A stretch of 64,000 bases of DNA from Oopsacas minuta. Taxonomy: Eukaryota; Animalia; Porifera. The translations under genes and the position numbers were made by a program. Position 1 is the stretch's first letter. Every line of letters starts with the position of its first letter. The DNA is taken from the NCBI GenBank assembly GCA_024704765.1, contig JAKMXF010000244.1, positions 115,905 to 179,904 on the forward strand, given 5' to 3'. Below the pieces are notes generated by a model. That model did not search any database. It was given only the letters and a program-made list of their open reading frames with translations, and was not told where the DNA came from. Positions 55,371 through 64,000 of the stretch are shown here, piece after piece.

Positions 55371-56920
55371 TATTTTGGAGATTTTATACCTCTATATATT
55401 CCACCCCATTTATTGGGACTTCTAGACCATTAGCCATTAAAAAGAATTGTAATTGTGAAAAGTCATTAGCACCCAAATTTTAGTACTATTTAGCAATAAT
55501 AAATAAATGATAGAGGCATTTTTCTATTGTGAACATGTGGAATCTTATAAACAGTGACCTCATTGTAACAATTTTACCAGATAGGTGTCAAAGTTACATG
55601 TATCGATAACTTGATGTTCTAGATACACGAAATGATAAAGTTTAAGAACAAATTTTGAATGTTAACCAAACAGGGAGCTAAATTAGCTTCAAAGGACGCC
55701 ACACAATTTCAAACATGTTTTTTTGCGAAATAGTGAAATTAATGCAAAATATTCATGAAACGTTGTAACACACATTATCGTCGGTTAGAATTGCAGGAAA
55801 TTCTATATATAATATTGTATTATTTTATGCTTTCGGACTTGATTCAAGGGTAAATCGAAAATAAGACAATTTCTTGAAACAAGTCTAACTTCAAAGGTCC
55901 ATTTTATAACCGATTGCCCCAAATTGCATTAATTTCCTTGAGCATTAATTTTCGATAATTATGTAGTTAGCTAGGACACTGGATTGATAATGATGGTATT
56001 TCAATATCCATCAAGATAATTGTATTTACTATGTGTCTACTCATACTATCGTTGAAAGAAATTACTCGTAAAATACTTAGGCTCCTAGATCAGCCAAAGT
56101 AAGTGAGGGTGAAGAGGCAACATTATCTCTGTAGTTCTCGTACGATTCCGCAGCCTCCAGACTTTGTATGTGCCCATATGTGCTCTGACCACGAGCGATC
56201 GCCCCGTTCCCCCTTAATCCTCCACTGGCTCTAGTCCCAAACTATATATATTTGGACAACATTGAATTTTTGCTGTTTAGCAGGGATATCTACTGACATG
56301 ACATTGAGAATTGAATAAGTATAGCCTACTCTGATCCATGAATTACTCAGTGGTGTTAAACAATTTTACTCAAAATTTCAGAGCTTCAGTAAATATACGG
56401 GCCAAAGGGTAAACCAATTGCTGATATAATATCAAGAAAATCAGTACAACTATAGTAATGATCCCCATGTACTAATCAAGTGTCGAACACATCCCGGGCA
56501 ATAGATTTGACATACCTGTTCCAAACTGTCACTAAATATACATAAATGATTTTGCTAAAATCATAAAATGGATATTCTGACCAAAGCTGAATCAGAATAT
56601 GGCAAATGGGAGAAAAATCATATATTCTTTTATGAGGGGTACAGTAGCACCGTATAATACAGTTCCAAAATTCTCTGGACACCACTTACTGGCTCTCAAA
56701 TAATTTGAATTGAACTAGAGACATATAACAACATCTGTGAACAAACAATACGAAATCTAAAATATTCTATATTTGGCGACACCCGAATATGAATTTACTC
56801 AATGTTTTTACAACAAGAATATAATAGGCACTTGAAGAGTGCATTATGTCGATATAAGCATTCATAAGCTCCCAGAAGCAAAGAAGGAAAACTTCCTTGT
56901 TCATAGTAAAATTTGATTAC

Positions 56921-57111
56921 CAATGAATATAGAGTTCTCCTTAGTTGTAGGTTGATGAATGTCTGATGAAAGCATAGTAGAATACTTTGAAGATGTAATT
57001 GTAGGCATATCAATTAAATTTAGGAATATCTGAAGACAAGGAAGTGTGATGTACTCGAGGATCACTGGGGTAGAATGATGTAAAGACATCTGAAAAATAT
57101 GAAACATCTTA
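56921..57111 (-). CDS. UBR4: UBR4 coding exon (most 5' exon found in the window)
   Basis: FHIFQMSLHHSTPVILEYITLPCLQIFLNLI versus UBR4 LSLFLMAVNIKTPVVVENITLMCLRILQKLI. Acceptor tttttcctgtag (an alternative acceptor before ATGTCT is possible); donor gtaatc in phase 1, joining G|AG to the next exon. Confidence 0.85.
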
Positions 57112-57444
57112 CTACAGGAAAAAGAGTTAAATATACCAAAGTTGACTTATTCATGAATTACAACATGAATTAATGAAATGTCTATATTTCAAAATGATTT
57201 CATTACATCTCGTTCAAACTAAAATATCCTGTATATTGTAGTACTATAAAATCATATTACAGCAATTTTAGTTAATACATATTGCAATGCTCGAAACTTT
57301 GAGATATTCATGATTTGAATGATTCATCATCATTTGCAATTTTCAATGAATCAGTCAACTTATAAATAATCAGCAAAAACCTCAATCATATAAAATATAC
57401 TTAGGAAAGGGATTTCATGATCAATTTATCTTATAATTATTATA

Positions 57445-57857
57445 CACTAAGTGGGCAAAAGTATTTCAACACACAAATATATTGTCATAAATTGTATACT
57501 CTTTCCCGCTCCTATAGATTGTATAGTCTATATTCGCAGCTGCAATCTAGTAATTTGCATAGAATAACATATGTTTCTCATGAATTTCAAAAATATTTTC
57601 GATTTTCACTTTTTGAAGGTGCTAATTATTAATAATTATAGATAATTATTAATAATTATAGATAATTATTAATAATTAGCACCTTCAAAAAGTGAAAATC
57701 GAGAATATTTTTTGAAATTCGTGAGAAACATATGTTTTTCTATGCAAATTACTAGATTACAGCTACGAATATAGACTATACAATCTATAGGAGCGTGAAA
57801 GAGTATACAATTTATGACAATATATTTGTGTGTTGAAATACTTTTGTCCACTTAGTG
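57445..57857. repeat. Foldback palindrome derived from Tc1-type termini, 413 bp
   Basis: TA-flanked; begins cactaagtgggcaaaagtatttcaacac and ends in its near-perfect reverse complement. The arms are about 180 bp with few mismatches; the centre is three copies of taattattaataatta separated by taga. Confidence 0.92.
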
Positions 57858-60429
57858 TATATATATTTTATATAGATAATGACCTACCAGATTTAGAAAT
57901 AATAGAATTCCATGTATAGATTTGAATGAACAAATTAAGTGACCGAGATAATTATCAAATAAACAATAAAGCTAACTTTTCATAAATCAAAATTTTATAC
58001 AACAATGCTAAATAATATAGATAAAACTACTTCGGATAAGCAACGTTAGAACATTTGTATTCCCAAAGGTTACAGTCTTTAAATGTAATGTAAATGTTTG
58101 GTACACTAAGATTAAATCATGCACATTAAAATCCTGTAATCAATTGACTAGGGGATTGAAATAGTAATCATTATAGCTCCCAGATCTTTGTGGGATACTT
58201 GGAGCAGTATGTGCTGAGCTATGAAGATTTTAATGTTTGCGCAATTTGTCACACAAGTGACAAATAACCGGTGAGTAGGGGTATATCTGAGAGAATTTCC
58301 TATAAATATTTCAAATATTTCATATCAAACCTACAATGAAATGAATTATTAGAAATATAAGAGATCCACTCCAAACATTGAATGTATACGAAGTGGTGCC
58401 TAAATAATTAAAATGCGCAACTTGTACCAAAAGGGGCACAAACATGAATATCTTATTAGTTCAAATCGAAATTGTTCCTTTAAATGTTCTGTGGTAATAG
58501 CATCGTAAGGAATGTTGTAATAATTTACAACATTCTTACAATACTTTTGCCTGAGAACATTCAAACGCGCATTTTTCTTAAATTTTCAGTCAAATAGCAT
58601 ATATTAAGATAAACACAAGTGAACGAGTATGTAAATTGATATTATTGGCACATTTTATTGTGAAAAGGCAGGTATGGGAATGAAATTATATTGTCCACTT
58701 AATATTTCTTTTCAAATATTGTTAATTAATGTCAAAATAATATTTATACTAAATAAGGACTAGAATGAGATAAAAGGTACATCAGGTAATCATTAAAGGG
58801 TGGTAGCAATTCATACATCCCAAATACAATTTGTTCGTCCGGAAAATGTATGAAATTTAAATTCTTAGGATTAAATCCGAGAGAAGATATCATTATTTCT
58901 GCAATAATTTATTCAATAGCAACTAATTGTTCGATTAATATAACAAAATTTCAAATTTTTGAGTTTACAAGGAATTTCGAAATAATAAAATAATTTTGTA
59001 TTAAACTGGTCAGGTAAACAAATCCACAGTTGATCAGTAGGGAATTCATGTGGCTTACTACTAAAGCTTTGCAATCAACATAGTAATATGTAGCACCCGC
59101 TTCGATTCACAAATAAGATTTACATGAAATCTATTGTCAACTTTTGGTTGTCATGATATGATGATTAAATCTTTCTGGCCTTAAGGAAATTAGTAGAAGT
59201 TAATAAGCACAATCGTATTAGAATTGAAATAACTTATCACGGCTTCATACTTGCATAATTTACGTTGGGTTAGCCAGCTATTTTAAATATACTTGTATAA
59301 TCAAATCAGATAATAAATCATGCGTTCGTTTTCAAAGAATATGATGTATCTTTTGTTTAGACATCGGGGATGATATTCTTCACAACCGTCCAACCTTCAA
59401 TTGGTATTTCACGGCGAGATTTGGTTCACTCAATAGAAGAAAACAACGATAAATCCAAAAGTTAACCTAGTATCAAAATACAGTAGAAAAGGGATAAAAC
59501 GTACACCCGATTAAGACGTGCTAATTCTTAAATCCTAAAAAATAGTCATGATTCATTGGAATACAATATCTATTGGATATGATGTAAAGAAATTCATATA
59601 GTTAAATAGGAGGTAGAGAAATGCATTTAGTCACTGAAGAGAACATCAGATAGTTTACTAAATTATAATATAAACAACTGTGTATAGCAGTGGTCCATAA
59701 ACGTTTAGGTCAAAGATCAACGCCGACGCAGAAAAAAGTCACCGAATTCGTTTGTATCTAACGATTCATGGGTCTACGAGCCCTCCCGGCAAGCATGAAA
59801 AATCAAATTGATATTGTGTTTTGATTTTGATATATTTTAAGAAAACCACTAAAAAATGATTAATAATTCCCGTAAAACATCGAACATTTATCCCTGTTTG
59901 ATCAAATGGGTTTGTAAATATCACGTTCAAGTTAATTTGAGATCCAAATAAATCAAAAATCTTAAATCTAAGAATAAAATCATTTTGATTGTTGCTTTAT
60001 TCTATAAACGATTGTTAAATATAATTGGTTTATCCATGTTAACTAAAATCATATAAGAACGGGGAAAATTTGTTTTGCTTAATGCACATATCAAACCAGT
60101 AACCGTTGGCTAAAAATATAGCATAGCATAAAGTTACATCACACGAATATCTTGTGGTCAGTTGTACTTCATTTCAGGTACATATTCGAATTAATCTCTA
60201 AATATATTCTCGGAGATCTAAAAAGTATGTCTTGCGTTGGACTCTTAACGAAGTTTCACCATACGGAATATCAGTTTTTATTCTGCTTTGACACACCTTA
60301 CTCCCCTTTAGTGTTATTTTTTGACTGCTCTGACATTTCTGTCTGCCTGTATTGAAATCATTGCCTGTTCAATTTATTTCAATTTATTTCAATTTTAACT
60401 TATTAGAACCTTAATGGATGATATTGGCA

Positions 60430-62450
60430 TTCAACCACCAGAAATTGATAATTCTCAGCTCATCGAGGAACACACAATTCGGAAGTGAATGTTCCCGATA
60501 CTCGCCCAAATTGGTACTTACGCGTTTTTATTCCTGTAGAAAGTTCCAATTATACCCAACACAAATATGTTGAGTATGTTTTCGAGGGCATGGTCCCTTT
60601 GTAAGCACTGACTAACCTTCACCGTCACTTTACTGCGAAGAAATACAAAGAGTGTGAGGTGAAATACGATAGTTGGAAGATTCAACATAGGGGCAAAAAT
60701 GCAGTTTCGAGAGAAACATCACATCATCAAGTTAAGTATAAAACTTGTCCGAAAGGACTGCAATCGGATGATATTGATGATAAACTTGGAGACTTGTGTA
60801 TTAGCGCTGAACTCCCATTCACATTCATATAACTTGAGGATTTTGAGACTTTTAGTGCAGCGCTCAATCCCCACTATACAGTACCTTCAATCTTTAAGCT
60901 AAAAATAAGATATTGAAGAATAAATATATTGAAGGTGACAAAGTCAATCCGTGATCAGCTGACTAATAGTCCTTTGGCTACTATTACCATAGGTGGTTGG
61001 AGTTCCCGTCGGCTAATCAGTGTGATGGGGGTCATCGTACACTATTATGTAGAACTAATCCTGATTCTAGTGTTTTGTCGATGGAGATGTTAAAGGCCCT
61101 CATCGAGGTAGGCGAATAGCAAATTTTACTCTCACTACTTGTGGAGATTAGAATAGTACCAACAAGATTATTCGAATAGGAACAGATATTGGGTCGAATA
61201 TAGTAAATGCATTTTCTCATTTTGAAGAATTAATAGAACTGAAAGAAAACCTAGAGAATTTGGATGCTGGCTCGCCAACTGTTGAACATCTAGACGAGGA
61301 TCACGATTCTTTCGATGAGGAATCATTAGCGTTTGATGAGATTGACAATTCTGTTATAAAGGAAGCTGTCGAAAATCTATCTGAAGATTTGGAAAAAGCA
61401 CATCTTAAATCACCACTTATAAAGTTGCGAAATGCTGGCCAGTTAAAGATTGGTTCCCATGCGCGTGCCATACAATGCAATTAGTAGTAGAAGATTTATT
61501 GGCTCGTAATCTTGGCCCCGTGGCCAAGTCAACGTTCTAGTAGCCAAGACTCATGAATATGTTAAATGTTGCAAACATTCTACCAATGTGCCGAAATCTT
61601 CCTTAGTGAAGGTATGTCCTTGGTTTTAATGAAATATAAGATATTGGAACAGTTGCCAACATTAAGCTGTCAACCTCCGAAGAACTTTGAGATGAACATA
61701 CTCAACGCAGTAAGCAAAATTCCTCAGCCAAATTCTCTTATTACAAATGAGATGCAAGTTACTCACGGCACAAGTGGCATGATTATCCCTGCGATAGAAT
61801 GATTTTGAACGAATTGGATGAGGGAGACAGAGCCTTGGTTTTAGGTGATATCATTAAAGAACGTTTGTATATCTCAAGTTGGACAAATTTTCTGGATGGC
61901 AAATTGTCACGACTCACGATTTGCGTTAGAGACATTTGAGAAAGAAGATTACATGATAGCATTAAAGGAGGCTTTAAAAATTGTAGTGGAACATAATAAC
62001 ATAACTTGAGGAGAGAATAAAAACCAAGATGTCGTAGCGCCGAAGGTGAACATTCTATCAAAGAATGGAAGAGTTTAACTCCTGCAAAGAGGTTTTCAGA
62101 TTCACATCTACATTGTATTTCAGAAGACATCATCGATATGGAATAAACTTTATTCAGAGCAGAAGCAAGAATGATACGCGGAACTATTGATGTCGATCCA
62201 GTTAGGTGGTGGGTTAGATATCCTTCAAAGTTTCCGATGATGTCTCAACTCACTATGATATATTTTTTGGCTTCAACATCGACCACTGGTGAAGAACGAT
62301 TGTTCAATGTAGCGGGTCGTATCTGCCACACGCATTGCTCTATATTGAACCCTGATATTATTTCGCTACTGGTAATTCTAAAATATAGAATGAATGCCGA
62401 AAAGCGTGAGGTTGCTTCAGTTGCTAAAGATGTTAAGAACCCGATGTAAT
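60430..62450 (+). pseudogene. Decayed hAT (Ac/ZBED1-4-like) transposase
   Basis: Ordered fragments: BED-like region, ISAELPFTF, LNPHYTVPS, TITIGGWSSRRLISVMGVIVHY, and dimerisation domain DPVRWW...KFPMMSQL...STTGEERLFNVAGRIC. Many stops. Confidence 0.8.
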
Positions 62451-62710
62451 TTATAGACTTCCAGGAAATAGTCTTAGATTTAGTTCTTACAGCTTATATC
62501 TACTCATCCTACGTCAATTCCCTCTACTATTATATACCCACACATTTCAAAGTGCCTCTATAATTATTCAGTCTTATATTTTAATATATCACTATAGTTA
62601 ATTTTCAGTAACATTATATTTTCATATTCCTATGTATAACCTTATATATTTGATATCTTTCAATACAAATACATTATACAGTCGTTAAAACGAAGCGCTA
62701 GGGGCACCAG

Positions 62711-62784
62711 CAGCCGTATTCACTAAGAAGATCAATCATAAATAAGCTCGATCTTAAGTCATAAGATCTTAGTGAACACGGCCG
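62711..62784. mobile_element. 74-bp MITE with 3-bp CAG duplication (PIF/Harbinger-like)
   Basis: Inverted ends cagccgtattcactaaga / tcttagtgaacacggccg; cag on both flanks (62708-62710 and 62785-62787). Confidence 0.55.
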
Positions 62785-64000
62785 CAGTTTCATTCGTTAT
62801 AAGCAGTATTTCATTAAAAGCGAAGTAAAGCAATTTCCATGAAGTATTAAGGCGCAAAGAGTCAATTCGTTATAACTGTTAACCAATAGAAAGTAAAAAT
62901 GAACTCAGAATTATTCCATACAATCCATATCACTCTGGATATTTGAATATACATTATAATCAAATGGAATGCGCGGAAAATTTGTCCCAAGGAATATTTA
63001 TCCCCGGAATTTCGGCCATGCTTGAAACATTCCAGTAGCCTCAAAAAACAACCCTGAACGCTCCAGTATATAGTTGTTGTTCTATAAATACAATAAAAAC
63101 ACTTGCAACTCATTTTCAATAAAATCCTAAACACTCCAGTATGGAGTGGTTATTGGATGAAAATTCTGAGCAACAAAGTTCCGCTTACCACCAATATGAT
63201 TTATAAATTGAAATGCAATTTAAATCTAAAATCAAACTAGATTTTTGATTTGATTCGCAAAATAAAGGCAAAATCTAAGAGATTTTAGATTGATTTTGAA
63301 AGATCAAAATAACGTTAAAGTGATTTTATAAATTGATTTGCAAATTAAATCAAAACTCAAAATTATCGTTTTTCATTAAACAAAAATCAAAAATACAATC
63401 GATTTTGGATTGATTTAGAAAAATCAAAATAGAATCAAAATGAATTTTTATTTGATTTGAAGATTCAAAAATCAAATCATATGATTGAATTATAATGTTG
63501 TATTAAAACTAAATGATTTTGAATTATCTCATTACAGGCTGTTAAATATAATCAGTTTTTACTGATTTTGATTTAAAATCAAATCATTGATTTAGGATAT
63601 AGCCTGCTCGGGAGGCGTGTAGTGAAATATTTTGGCCTTTTCCCTTCCAAACAATATATCTATGTAAAAGTTTTATTGGGTGATCAAAATATTGGGGATT
63701 CGATGAGTCTATGTTTCTAGGATTAGGAGACCGCAATCGAATTGAATTTCTGTTTTTCAAAAGATATGAGTCCTCAGCGAGGGAATCAAAGAGTCAAAGA
63801 TAGGTAAACAAGGGATATATTTGACGCGCGAGTCACGCCTTTGGGACAATTCTGTATGAATTAAGCAAATCTGATAAATTAACTTTTTGGGAAAGTAAGT
63901 TTCTGGGAATTTCGCATAGTAAACAGATAGCGCTAGAGAAGGTGAAAAATCAACTAAATCCAATCATTAAGTACGATCACATATAAGAAACATTTCATGG

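Noticed and set aside
57640-57680. Direct repeats with short spacers resembling a CRISPR array
   Set aside because: The spacers are an invariant 4 bp, the context is eukaryotic, there are no cas genes, and the repeats are the apex of a foldback element.
58030-58110. KDCNLWEYKC as a candidate upstream UBR4 exon
   Set aside because: Short, weak similarity and no phase-2 donor to join the 57111 acceptor.
59688-59760. Buster-like terminus cagtggtccataaac as the 5' end of the hAT at 60-62 kb
   Set aside because: No matching 3' terminus or TSD was found, and the downstream transposase belongs to a different hAT clade.

Overview
AT-rich (roughly one-third GC) eukaryotic, probably invertebrate metazoan, genomic DNA; there is no prokaryotic operon structure. 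The only host gene I can support is a stretch of the giant E3/E4 ubiquitin ligase UBR4 (p600/BIG/Pushover) on the minus strand. It has six GT-AG, phase-compatible exons (57111-56921, 50262-50030, 44295-43865, 41487-41302, 29199-28997, 16740-16529) separated by 2.4-12.3 kb introns; the adjoining exons were not found in the window. The introns are filled almost entirely with cut-and-paste DNA transposons, many with readable TIRs and target-site duplications: two Buster-type hATs, three other decayed hATs, a full-length P element with a 7-bp TSD, three mariner relics, an intact DD37D maT element, a Transib/Chapaev-like relic, several MITEs and a 413-bp foldback palindrome. I found no clearly new biological system. 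The best leads are an apparent ~40-aa deletion of the putative calmodulin-binding helix and a ~40-aa insertion in this UBR4, the intact maT transposase next to a UBR4 acceptor, and the P element end structure. Protein family comparisons are from memory of the families, not from a database search.
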